A stretch of 40,441 bases of DNA from an uncultured Lachnospiraceae bacterium (GCA_910577065.1 CAJTLD010000009.1:1-40441); one strand, 5' to 3'; counted from the stretch's first letter, positions 1 through 9,487 are shown. A program made the numbers and translations. Notes: generated by a model from the sequence alone, not told the origin.

Positions 1-558
1 ATGATTTTTATACATATCCGAAAAAACATATTGAAAAATAATTAAGTCCGGAACCCATTGCTTTTCAATAATTACATCGACAATCTCAAGCATATTCTTA
101 TTTAGAAAATATATTCCCCCTCCAAAATATTTTTTAATATCACCCCATATATTAACCCAGACTTCATCTAACGGATCAATTCCAAGAAATTCCAATCCCT
201 TATAATTAAGATAATTTTGGTGGCGTAAATAATCAATCGCTGCCAATTCTGTACATGGTCCACAACCAACTGACATCACCCTTAAATTATCTTTTTTTCT
301 TATATCTGCAAATTGTTTCAAACCATAAACAATTTCAGATGCATATCGAAAACTGTATTTGCAATAATAACAATCAGCCATATGTACACAATCATAATGG
401 CGCATTTCTGGTGCTCTATTTGGAAAATGAACATATTCCAAACATTTTTTACAATCATGTGGACACTCATCACCATATGTACACCCTTCACATTGTTTTT
501 GTATAATTTTACTCTCATTTCTCATGTTACATTTCTCAACTAATTCGTATATAAGCAT
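1..558 (-). CDS. Class I SAM-dependent methyltransferase-like protein with Cys-rich N-terminus (3' end outside window; absent from ORF track)
   Basis: Hand translation is open from ATG 558 (or 564) to base 1: MLIYELVEKC...CEGCTYGDECPHDCKKC...YDCVHMADCYYCKY...LRVMSVGCGPCTEL...FLGIDP...DLIIFQYVFSD. SAM motif I (SVGCGP) and acidic motif II (GID); GAGGAGG RBS at 568-574. Confidence 0.8.
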   Translation of the reverse strand, partial: MLIYELVEKCNMRNESKIIQKQCEGCTYGDECPHDCKKCLEYVHFPNRAPEMRHYDCVHMADCYYCKYSFRYASEIVYGLKQFADIRKKDNLRVMSVGCGPCTELAAIDYLRHQNYLNYKGLEFLGIDPLDEVWVNIWGDIKKYFGGGIYFLNKNMLEIVDVIIEKQWVPDLIIFQYVFSDMYKNH

Positions 559-574
559 TTCCATTCTCCTCCTC

Positions 575-892
575 AAGCCCCCTCAAACTCTCCTCCGGCA
601 ACATTTCCTTCATATCTTATAGTAGCAAATTGCCCAGCTTATAGGTTGCCATCCCAATCGGTACATTCAATTGTTTCAAGGCATGTCCCACATATGTCTT
701 GTTTTTACTTTTGCAAATACTAATACTGACAAACGGATTTTCCTTTGACAGTTTTACCTGTTCATCCAAAGTTGTCTAGATATAGTTACATTTTTCCTGC
801 GTATTTCGTCTCCGACTCACCTATTTTCAACTCGATTACCACTAATCTCTTTAAACTTCTGTGAAAAAGAAGTAAATCAATGTATAAACCCC
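575..892 (-). pseudogene. Remnant of DUF1016/YhcG PD-(D/E)xK nuclease, C-terminal part
   Basis: Broken frames read LYIDLLLFHRSLKRLVVIELKIGESETKYAGKM*LYL / TLDEQVKLSKENPFVSISICKSKNKTYVGHALKQLNVPIGMATYKL, matching the YhcG C-terminal pattern; stops and a frameshift, no 5' half. Confidence 0.8.
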
Positions 893-1054
893 GCTTATAA
901 TGATTAAGCGGTATTGATTCCCAATAGATAATTTCTTTTCACACTTTAAATCATCCTTTAAATCTTTATACCCAAATTTAACGATTAAGACTTTTTATTT
1001 TCCGTATCAAATATAAGTTCTTTTGAACCTGATGCGAATTCTATATACATAATT

Positions 1055-3546
1055 CTAAATCAAAGTTAAAAAATTTTCTTCTTCATTAAAATTATGAATT
1101 GGGGTCATATTTAATAAAGTATCTTTCATAATTTTTTTTGCCTCATTTCTCTTTTTGAATACATCTTTTACTTGTTTTATAATTTTCACACGCTCATCAT
1201 TATCTTTAGGAATTGGTAACACTAACTCGTAAATTCGTCTACCAAGCGTGTCAATAATATCTTGTGTAAATTGTTTTGCTCTTATTTGTTCTTTTACAAT
1301 TGGAGAGGATAACAATGCCAAAAGCAAATATGGATTCATTTTTTCTTTATCTTTGCACCTCATTTTATAAAGATGACTTTGATAAACAATTTTTGTATCG
1401 GCACTAGAAATCATTGCACACGTCCCAACTAAATATGTACCATCTTTAACCATTAAAATATCCTCTGCTTGAACATCCTGTTTCTCTTTTAATCCATCAT
1501 AAACAGATTGGGCTAATCCCTGTTTAGGATCAAGCTTAATCTCCCAATTTGCAATATCAGAAGTCCTTATAAAAGGTATTGTTCCTGTACCATATGCCAA
1601 TTTTCCAACTTCATCACCAGTAGAAATTACTATAACATCATCCTTTACCAGATCTCCCAATAATACTAAATCATAATTTGTTCTTAAAGTATCTAATTTC
1701 TTTTTGATTTCAGGATTATAATAAATCGGCAAATATATATTATTTACAATATCGGACTGTTTCACAGTAAATCCTAAATGATCATATGATAGATTTTCAC
1801 CATTTTTATATTTCTCATAACGTTCTTGAATTGCTGGAATATCATCATAAGGTACTTCTAGCCCTCTAGAATCATGACCACACCACTTCGCAACTGCCAT
1901 AAATATTTTATGTTCTAAATCTATTTCTTCATTTTTCTCCAACTTTGTCATAAGTACAGCACAAGTTTTTGCATGTGTATGTGGCTGAAATAATTCTTCC
2001 GGCATTGAAATAATCGCATCAATTCGAGCATGTTTCTCAACATATTTCATAATGTATTTATGACTTGGGTTACAAAACATGCTTTCAGGTGCAACTATTC
2101 CCAATCTACCACCAATCTGCAATAACGCAAGACACTTTTCAACAAAGAGAACTTGTGGAGTTTGATCCGACAATTCTTTATTTGTTTTTTCCAATTCACC
2201 ATCTCTGCTCACTTTCCATTTATATCCAAGTTCATAACGTTTTAAAATCGTTTTATCGTCAATCTTTAACTTCGAACCATATGGAGGGTTTGTTAATACC
2301 ACATCATATTTACCATCCATAATTGTATTCCTCGCTTTTATAGACCAATTTTCAGGATTTTCTAAACTGTTTTCACAAAAAATTCCACCACGACCATCAC
2401 CTAGTAACGCCATATATGCCTTTGACGTTTTACTTAAAAAATTTTCTTTATCTATGCCATTAAAATTTTTAATTGCTACTTCTTGTAGTTCTGCAAAAAT
2501 TTCTTTTTCCGGCCAATTTAATTCTTCACACTGCTTATTCACTTTTGCCCATACATATTTTAATGCTTCTACCAAAAAACCTCCGGAGCCACATGCCGGA
2601 TCAACTATCTTATCTCTTTGTCCAGGATTTGTCATTGCTAACAATAATTTGACAACATTTCTAGGCGTAAAAAATTGTCCCTGAGGTCCTCTTAATGAAG
2701 GCCCAATAAACATTTCGAATGCATCAGCAATAACATCCCGTTCACTTTCCATTAAACAATATTGTTGCAACTCACCAACAATATGCGCAATTGAGTTATC
2801 CGAAAGTGTAATTTTATCATTAACATCAAATACATCCGGATATTTTCTTTTTACATCAATAAATAAGTTTTGTATTCTTTTTGATATTTTTGCATATTCT
2901 TCATTTATACCTGCACGGAAATCTACAAAAGAATCACTTTTTTTATATCTCTCATCATATATTTTACAAAATATAATATTGATTAGCTGTGGAAGTAATT
3001 CTGTATCAAGCGTTTGTCCAGTATTATTTGCTGCTAAATAATTCCTTATATTATTAAATGTATTTTTCAGATTATGTGTTTTTTTCAAATCCTTCCTTTT
3101 ATACAATCCTATGTCATCAACATTTTGCCCATATAATGGAAGATTAGGAATTTCTCTAAATTCAACTCTACCATCTTGCTCATATTTTCTCAAATACAAT
3201 ATTTCATTACCATTGTACCAGGCACCTAAATATGCTTTGGATAATCTTAAATAATCTTCAAGCTGGGAACGTCCATCTTTACGATTTTTTTCTTACATTC
3301 GATAATGATATATAAATCGTCCTCTCTTTTATCAGTAGAAGTAAAAACAGCAATATCAACTGGATATTCCTTTTTAATATCCGATGGTCTAACTTTAACT
3401 CTATATTGTGGTCTAGTCTGGATCAACTCTTTTGGATAACCATAATTCTCAACTAATATTTTTGAAAATGGTTGCGTTGCTTGTATTTCTTCCGGCGTTC
3501 CGTTTACTTTTATTCCAGATATATAATCTATAATTTTGTCAGCCAT
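1055..3546 (-). pseudogene. Fused restriction-modification enzyme (HsdR_N-like nuclease + N6-adenine MTase + one TRD; Type IIG-like), split by a frameshift in an A7 tract
   Basis: ORF 3247-3546 has VDIAVF...IIIECK. Adding one A at 3285-3291 continues KKKNRKDGRSQLEDYLRLSKAYLGAWYNG into ORF 1055-3199, which has GQFFTP, DPACGSGGF, NPPY and an HsdS-like C-terminus. AGGAGG RBS before ATG 3546. Confidence 0.85.
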
Positions 3547-3712
3547 TACAAAGCCTCCTATCAAATTTTATTTACTATACGCTATATTAAAATATAATCA
3601 ACTTCACTCATGTATTGTAGTCTTCCATTCAGCCCCTTTTTTCTCCAATACTCGCACCACTGGCGCGAGTATTTCAAACTCTATAATTTTACAATTATTC
3701 TTTAACAATAAC

Positions 3713-3935
3713 CTAACTATTCTTTCCCCAGCGGATAGAAACCAATAAATCTTGTATCTTACATCCCAGCACAGTATACAGCTTACACAACATATGCACG
3801 TCCAACCGAGTAATACTATTTGTACAGTAATTATCTATCTGTTTCCAGTTCATTACTTCCTTATGTGACTACTTGTTCCTACTCAGTCTTTTTTTGTAGC
3901 AATTCATTCAGTCTAATTTTCAATCGTATTTATTA
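3713..3935 (-). pseudogene. Cro/C1-type (HTH_26-like) regulator pseudogene, copy 1
   Basis: LKIRLNELLQK / LSRNK*SHKEVMNWKQIDNYCTNSITRLDVHMLCKLYTVLGCKIQDLL; frameshift in the A7 tract (3889-3895) plus an in-frame TAG. Confidence 0.75.
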
Positions 3936-4053
3936 CAAATACCTGCTAACTCTAAAAAATTACTAAAATATTACAAGTGCAAACCTTTGTTCCTTTCTTG
4001 CTATTTTAATACAATATACAAAAAAATACAATCTATTCTTTCTTTTTTGTCTG

Positions 4054-4225
4054 CTAAAAGAAAACAATTAAATACCTTGTCTCACAGTTCAAGGCGGTAC
4101 GCAATGTACATAGCACAAATATGTCCAACCAAGTAATATCGTTGGCACAATTGCTGTCCACTTATTTCCGATTTATCATCACTTTCAGCAACAAATTTTA
4201 ACGGTTCAATCTTTTTCTTTAAAAA
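4054..4225 (-). pseudogene. Cro/C1-type (HTH_26-like) regulator pseudogene, copy 2 (more decayed)
   Basis: KRLNR*NLLLKVMINRK*VDSNCANDITWLDIFVLCTLRTALNCETRYL aligns without gaps to copy 1. Confidence 0.65.
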
Positions 4226-4469
4226 CCCTGACAGCGGGATTTCCAGATAAACGTGAAATTTGTTAATAGTTTTAATTTACACTTGGCACAAAAGATCGCT
4301 CCCATCTTTTTAATATTTCATTTCAAAATTCAACTCAAGGACACTCTAAATAATTATTACAAGCTTCTATACCAACAAAAAAGAGCCAACCGATATATGA
4401 AAAAATATATCAGATAACTCTTTTCATCATCCTAAATTATTTCTTAACGAAAAATCTTTACCAAAAACG

Positions 4470-4771
4470 TTATTTTGCCCTTTTAACAATTTCTGATAGA
4501 TATTTACTTGTTTCTTCTTCCGTGACCCCCCTAAATCCCTCATATATACTACACCGAGGACAATAGACATTAATTCCGGATTTTTCTTTGCCCACAATTC
4601 TATGATTGCTTTGTCCGCTGCCACAGCACTAACAGTAACAATAAACCTTTTCCCACCAACACTCGTAAGAAAGAGTGTATCTGTTTCATCATCCAGTGAT
4701 ACATCGGAAAACAACTCATCATTTTCATTCAGTATTTCAAACAGAAAATCTTTTAATTTGTCTTTGTCCAT
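4470..4771 (-). pseudogene. Small hypothetical protein with SHOCT-like C-terminal helix, frameshifted at a G6 tract
   Basis: GAGGTG RBS and ATG 4771 (MDKDKLKDFLFEILNE...). One extra G at 4526-4531 gives ...MRDLGGVTEEETSKYLSEIVKRAK*, which matches the upstream paralog. Confidence 0.5.
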
Positions 4772-4789
4772 AATATTTTTCACCTCATT

Positions 4790-5002
4790 TCTCGCAATCC
4801 TTTTCCATAAAGAAGCTTTTTTGACAACTTCTGATTGATACTTCTTATGCTCATTTTCTGTAATAATCTTCCAACCCACCAATTTTATCAAAGCAATTTC
4901 AATATATACAGAAATCGGATTTTCCCTATACCATTTTATCAATATTTTTTCATCGCTTTTCAGTTTTTAAGAAAATAAGTCTCCTGTTTGACTTTTCACC
5001 AT
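4790..5002 (-). pseudogene. Paralog of the C-terminal half of the adjacent gene; early nonsense codon
   Basis: ATG 5002 MVKSQTGDLFS*KLKSDEKILIKWYRENP...KLVGWKIITENEHKKYQSEVVKKA; TAA at 4967-4969. Confidence 0.45.
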
Positions 5003-5130
5003 TTTAAAGATTCCTTTCCTCATATAATTGGTGCCTTATGGATAGACGCAGATATATTATATGGTTTTTCAACTCATAGCGACTTAAAATCAGGTTTTGG
5101 TTAAGACTTGTAACAAAATCATTGCGAGAG

Positions 5131-5378
5131 GTGAAAAGTGTGAACCACATTAGACACAATTTCAATGTGAAATATCCAGAGCGTATAAGAGAATTACGTC
5201 AAGATAACGACTTAACCCAAAAAAAGTTGCTGAAATATTGAAGATTGCACAGACAACCTATTCCCAATATGAATTATACAAAAGACCTATGCCCATAGAA
5301 TGTTTAATGGTTCTTTGCAAGTTCTATAATGTATCAGCGGATTATATCTTAGGATTCACTAATAGAAAAATCCCTTGA
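5131..5378 (+). pseudogene. XRE-family HTH regulator, frameshifted tandem copy
   Basis: Very similar DNA to 5460-5702. CAAAAAAAG versus CAAAAAGAAG near 5219-5225 is 1 nt shorter and gives a premature TGA. Confidence 0.85.
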
Positions 5379-5459
5379 CTTGTATTTATAATTTTTTTAA
5401 CTCACAGCAACTTAAAAATCAAGTTCTATTTATTCCATATACTAAAATAACTGCATGAG

Positions 5460-5702
5460 GTGAAAAGTGTGGATGATAGTAAACATATTTGCGATATAAA
5501 ATATCCAGAGCGCATAAAAGAGTTACGCCAAGATAACGACTTAACCCAAAAAGAAGTTGCTGAAATATTGAAGGTTGCACAGACAACTTATTCCCAATAT
5601 GAATTATACAAAAGACCTATGCCCATAGAATGTTTAATGATTCTCTGCAAGTTCTATGAAGTGTCAGCAGATTATATTTTAGGATTCACTCATAATAAAT
5701 AA
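5460..5702 (+). CDS. XRE-family HTH transcriptional regulator
   Basis: RIKELRQDNDLTQKEVAEILKVAQTTYSQYE...VSADYILG; true start may be GTG 5469. Confidence 0.9.
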   Translation: MKSVDDSKHICDIKYPERIKELRQDNDLTQKEVAEILKVAQTTYSQYELYKRPMPIECLMILCKFYEVSADYILGFTHNK

Positions 5703-5754
5703 ATTTCCAGAATATAAAAAATATTAGCCTAAGAATTTTCCAAAAAAAACGTGC

Positions 5755-5814
5755 CCCTTCCCGATAGACAATTTTTTATCATTACATATGTCTATCTGGA
5801 AAAGGGTATTTTTT
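5755..5814 (+). terminator. Probable intrinsic terminator after the XRE gene
   Basis: CCCTTCCCGATAGACA...TGTCTATCTGGAAAAGGG followed by TATTTTTT. Confidence 0.55.
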
Positions 5815-5924
5815 ATGACATTTAAGCTTAATTTCTTATATACCGAAAATCAAGGGCACCATTACCAAAGCTACGAAAAAATAGTTACAATATTGCTTAT
5901 AGACGGAAACATAACTGTTAAAAA

Positions 5925-6010
5925 GGGGCTAGGGGATTTCCCCTAACAAGTGCCGGAGGTTGCCACTGCCCATAGAGGCATGGCAATCCAAAGGCGTTGC
6001 TTGCTGGTAT
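5925..6010. other. oriT-like region
   Basis: GGGGCTAGGGGATTTCCCCTAACAAG hairpin, second hairpin TTGCCACTGCC...GGCATGGCAA, then TTGCTTGCTGG. Resembles transfer-origin regions of clostridial mobilizable elements (pattern recognition only); lies near the mobC-like gene. Confidence 0.5.
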
Positions 6011-6055
6011 TGTGTATTAATTTTTCGTCCGCTATCTGAGTCCGACACTGCTTAT

Positions 6056-6668
6056 TTTACCAGCCGAAAAAGAAATCTTTCACAGGCTTTCCCACCATCC
6101 TATTCCACCAGAAATCCCCATATTTTAAATCTATATACTGATTTTCCTCAAAGAAAATAGAGCGGTTTCCCGCCCTACTTCTATAAAATATTTCCATTTT
6201 TCCGGCATGGTTTTCCCCGGCAGTCTACAAGTTCTTCCAGCAGCTTCTTCCTTTTATCATCATAATTTTTCGGGCAATCTACCTACTCCTTCAGCAATAT
6301 ATTTCCTTTCCAGTACGGCTTTTATCACAAATATACCGGCTTATCCAACACGAATTCATTAACAATACACCAACTCTTTCAGCACAATCTCCTCCGCAGC
6401 AGAGCGGACATTTTTCATCAATCCCACCCATTTCATCTGTTCCCTTCGTATAGCTGATTCTATTTTCACCAATGATGTGTTTTTCCATGATTTCCTCCTG
6501 TCCGGCAGCCTCATATTTTCTTGCCATCGGATGCCCTGTCTGCAATTTTTTTGTTCCTTTTCTCTCAAATTGTTCCAATCCCACCCGAAAAATGGGATGT
6601 TTTTGATGACAAAATCGGGTATTAATTAAACGAGTAGCCCCTATAATTTTTCTTTTTCGGCTGGTAAA
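6056..6668. repeat. 20-bp perfect inverted repeat pair (6056-6075 / 6649-6668)
   Basis: TTTACCAGCCGAAAAAGAAA and TTTCTTTTTCGGCTGGTAAA. Confidence 0.85.
6359..6488 (-). pseudogene. tnpV: TnpV-family protein with internal deletion
   Basis: N-terminus MEKHIIGENRISYT (GGAGG RBS) joined out of frame to the C-terminus QMKWVGLMKNVRSAAEEIVLKELVYC*; the middle is missing. Confidence 0.75.
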
Positions 6669-6685
6669 TATAGGGCTGACTGCAA

Positions 6686-7006
6686 TCAATTTTTCCCTTT
6701 CAGCCCATTCATTGTTTCCGCAATTAACTGTATCGTGTAGAGCAGTTCATCATTGTCCCCGCTGCATTTTTCCAGACGTTTTAACTCCTCATGGATTTCT
6801 GCCATCTGGTTGCGGAGTGCCTTATACACCCTTGGTTTGCCCTGCACCACTACATCCCGGCACTGCAAACGCCGGGTAACATAGTCCTGCTTGGTAAGTC
6901 CTGATAAGCTCACACAGCAGTCAATCAGCTTTCCTTCCTCCTCCGAGACATGGAATGCCACTGTCTTGTTCCTCCATCTTCCTTTGTAATCAAGCCTTTT
7001 TTCCAT
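6686..7006 (-). CDS. Ribbon-helix-helix mobilization accessory protein (MobC/NikA-like)
   Basis: RNKTVAFHVSEEEGKLID...SGLTKQDYV RHH pattern; directly downstream of int. Confidence 0.75.
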   Translation of the reverse strand: MEKRLDYKGRWRNKTVAFHVSEEEGKLIDCCVSLSGLTKQDYVTRRLQCRDVVVQGKPRVYKALRNQMAEIHEELKRLEKCSGDNDELLYTIQLIAETMNGLKGKN

Positions 7007-8160
7007 AATCTTACCCCCCCCTTTCTCCGTTCCGGCTCAAATTCCTTATCCATATGAAACTGGATGACTGTGCCATTATCTGTCTGCGTAACGCTTTCCA
7101 TGCGCTCCATATCCAATTTATCTGCCATTTCCGTTTGCTTGTTGGGGAAAAGATGCGCATAGCGGTAGGTAATGTCTATGCTCTCATGCCCTACCCTGTC
7201 CGCTATGGCAAGTGCTGAAAAACCCATCTCAATCAACAAGGAAATGTGGCTGTGGCGCAGATCATGGATTCTTATGCGTTTCACGTCTGCCGCTTTCGCT
7301 CCCCTGTCCATCTCGTGGTGCAGGTAGGATTTTGTGACTTGGAACATCCTTTCATCCCCACTGATTTCATAAAGCATACCGATATACTCCTGCATTTCCT
7401 CACATAAGAAATGCGGCATTTTTATCGTCCGGTTGCTCTTTGCGGTCTTAGGGGAAGTGATGACATCCCTCCCCTTTAACCGTTGGTAGGACTTGTTTAT
7501 GGTTACGATATTACGCCCAAAATCAAAGTCTGACGGCGTTAAGGCAAGCATTTCGCCTAGCCGAACGCCGCACCAGTAGAGCATTTCAAAGGCATAATAG
7601 GACAATGGCTTGTCCATCATCGCGTCCGCAAATTTCAAGTATTCCTCCTTTGTCCAGAACAGCATTTCCTTGTGTTCCTCGCTGCCCATCGTCCCGGCTT
7701 TCTGCGCCGGGTTGCCCGGCAGATGGTAAAATCTTACGGCATGGTTGAAAATTGCGCTCAACTGTGCATGGATGGTCTTCAGGTAGGTTGGGGAATAGAC
7801 CTCTCCATTTTCGCCCTTATAGGCAAGCATTTCATTCTGCCATGCAATCACGTCCCTCGGCTCAATCTCCGCAATCTTCCGCTCCCCGAAATAGGGTAAT
7901 ATCTTCGTGCGTATCACATGGCTCTTGGATTCCCATGTGTTCTCCTTCACCCTCTTCTTTTTGTCCGCCTCATAGATTTCAAAGAAACTGGCAAACGTCA
8001 TGTCAAGTTTGGACTCGCTTTTCAGCATGACTTCCCGTTCCCAACCCAATGCCTCCCTTTTGGTCGCAAAACCCCTTTTCTGTTTCTGTTTCCTCTCCCC
8101 TTTGTAATTCGTGTATCGGTAGATGACGCGCCACTTATCGCCATCCTTGTATACAGCCAT
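6925..8160 (-). CDS. int: Tyrosine recombinase / site-specific integrase
   Basis: Arm-binding N-terminus (KRGFATKREA); catalytic R (GVRLGE), K (PKT), HxxR (HDLRH), GH and Y (YRYAH); AAGGAG RBS. Confidence 0.96.
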   Translation of the reverse strand: MAVYKDGDKWRVIYRYTNYKGERKQKQKRGFATKREALGWEREVMLKSESKLDMTFASFFEIYEADKKKRVKENTWESKSHVIRTKILPYFGERKIAEIEPRDVIAWQNEMLAYKGENGEVYSPTYLKTIHAQLSAIFNHAVRFYHLPGNPAQKAGTMGSEEHKEMLFWTKEEYLKFADAMMDKPLSYYAFEMLYWCGVRLGEMLALTPSDFDFGRNIVTINKSYQRLKGRDVITSPKTAKSNRTIKMPHFLCEEMQEYIGMLYEISGDERMFQVTKSYLHHEMDRGAKAADVKRIRIHDLRHSHISLLIEMGFSALAIADRVGHESIDITYRYAHLFPNKQTEMADKLDMERMESVTQTDNGTVIQFHMDKEFEPERRKGGVRLWKKGLITKEDGGTRQWHSMSRRRKES

Positions 8161-8309
8161 ATGCTCACGCTCCTTTCCCCGGAGCTGATTGCAATAATAA
8201 CAAAATCTGCCATCAGCCCCGGCAACATTTTAAAGATTCCTACATTTTCCGCTGTAACATAACTCCTAATGAAAAAACTATCTACTATAAGATAATTCTT
8301 TGCAAAAAA

Positions 8310-8489
8310 CTACTCACTGTAACACAACTTCTTGCGGAAGAAATTTGTGTTCACTCTGCCCGATACTGTCAGGTAGCCAAGCTCACGCATTTCTGTATTC
8401 AGCTCCCGGACAACCTTGTAGGCATAGGATTTGGAGACGTTCAGCTCCTGCGCAACTTCCTCAACCGTCATAAAATTTTTACCTTCCAT
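8310..8489 (-). CDS. xis: Excisionase-like HTH protein, 59 aa (below ORF-track cutoff)
   Basis: MEGKNFMTVEEVAQELNVSKSYAYKVVRELNTEMRELGYLTVSGRVNTNFFRKKLCYSE; resembles ICEBs1-type Xis; upstream of int. Confidence 0.85.
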   Translation of the reverse strand: MEGKNFMTVEEVAQELNVSKSYAYKVVRELNTEMRELGYLTVSGRVNTNFFRKKLCYSE

Positions 8490-8633
8490 TATCCATCCTC
8501 TCCTTTCCCTGTCTTATTCCCAGCCTTTCTTCCCGCTTTCCCCCTTTCCCTCTTTTATTCCTAATTCCTCTGCCTGCACCCGTAAATCTACATTTCTTTC
8601 CAGCCGTCAGTTTTTACCGGCAATCTCAATCGT

Positions 8634-8797
8634 GACTAAATTTGTTTATTTAGTCTATGTATTTCCTATATTACTAAACTTATAAATTTAAGCCAAGGGA
8701 TTTCAGGAAAAATCTTAACTTTTTTAATTTAATTTTTTCTTGCTATCTTCATTGTGCCATGCTATACTATACCCAACAAATTTGTTTAACTGTTTAG
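8634..8797. promoter_or_regulatory. Divergent sigma-A promoters and candidate repressor operators
   Basis: Plus strand: TTGCTA(8740)-17-TATACT(8763) with TG extension. Minus strand: TTGGCT-17-TAATAT (~8697-8669). Palindromes GACTAAA-N8-TTTAGTC (8634-8655) and AACAAATTTGTT (8775-8786) lie just downstream of each -10. Confidence 0.65.
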
Positions 8798-8953
8798 CCA
8801 TGCACGACAGCTAGAAAGCAGGATCGTGGGTGCTTGCACATACAATACTGCTTTCTAACTGTCGTATTTGGCGTTCAGCCACAGCGAAATGAAGCAGAGC
8901 GAAATTGAGCTGGCATGGCTAAACAGAAATCCCAACTACACGGAGGTCTACTT

Positions 8954-9469
8954 ATGGCAATCGGAAAACGTATCAAATTTTTTCGCAACAGGAAGAGCCT
9001 GACACAGAAACAACTCGGCGAACAGCTCGGCTTTCTGGGCAGGACTTCTGACGTGCGCATGGCGCAGTATGAATCAGAGGCAAGAATCCCAAAGCAAAAC
9101 CTTGTGAAAGAAATGGCGGGCATACTTGGTGTCAGCCCCCATGCCCTGACTGTGCCAGACATTGACACATACATTGGTTTTTTACATACCCTCTTTGCAT
9201 TGGAGGACATATATGGATTCAGGATAATGGAAAAAGACGGTCTTATCTGCCTTTGCCGGGATTCTTCCAATTCTTCCCCTGCTGATACGGTCAGCGCCAT
9301 GCTCAGGGAATGGCAACAACAGGCAAAAAAGCTTGAAAACGATGAAATCAGCAGAGAGGAATATGACGAATGGCGTTACCGATACCCGGAACTGGACACC
9401 AGCCAGCATTGGGCAAGGACGCCTTCCAAAGAAATAAGTGATTACCTCATTAAGAAATCTGAGAAATAG
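8954..9469 (+). CDS. XRE-family repressor of the element (ImmR/CI-like position)
   Basis: MAIGKRIKFFRNRKSLTQKQLGEQLG...RMAQYESEARIP; GGAGG RBS at 8942; divergent from xis-int. Confidence 0.9.
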   Translation: MAIGKRIKFFRNRKSLTQKQLGEQLGFLGRTSDVRMAQYESEARIPKQNLVKEMAGILGVSPHALTVPDIDTYIGFLHTLFALEDIYGFRIMEKDGLICLCRDSSNSSPADTVSAMLREWQQQAKKLENDEISREEYDEWRYRYPELDTSQHWARTPSKEISDYLIKKSEK

Positions 9470-9487
9470 CCAAAGAAATGCAATAAG

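Noticed and set aside
4427..4942. 171-aa ORF as a single real gene
   Set aside because: Better explained as two broken paralogs: internal RBS and ATG at 4771, upstream nonsense codon, G-tract frameshift.
6291..6689. 132-aa and 69-aa ORFs as genes
   Set aside because: Each contains only one half of the deleted tnpV, in different frames.
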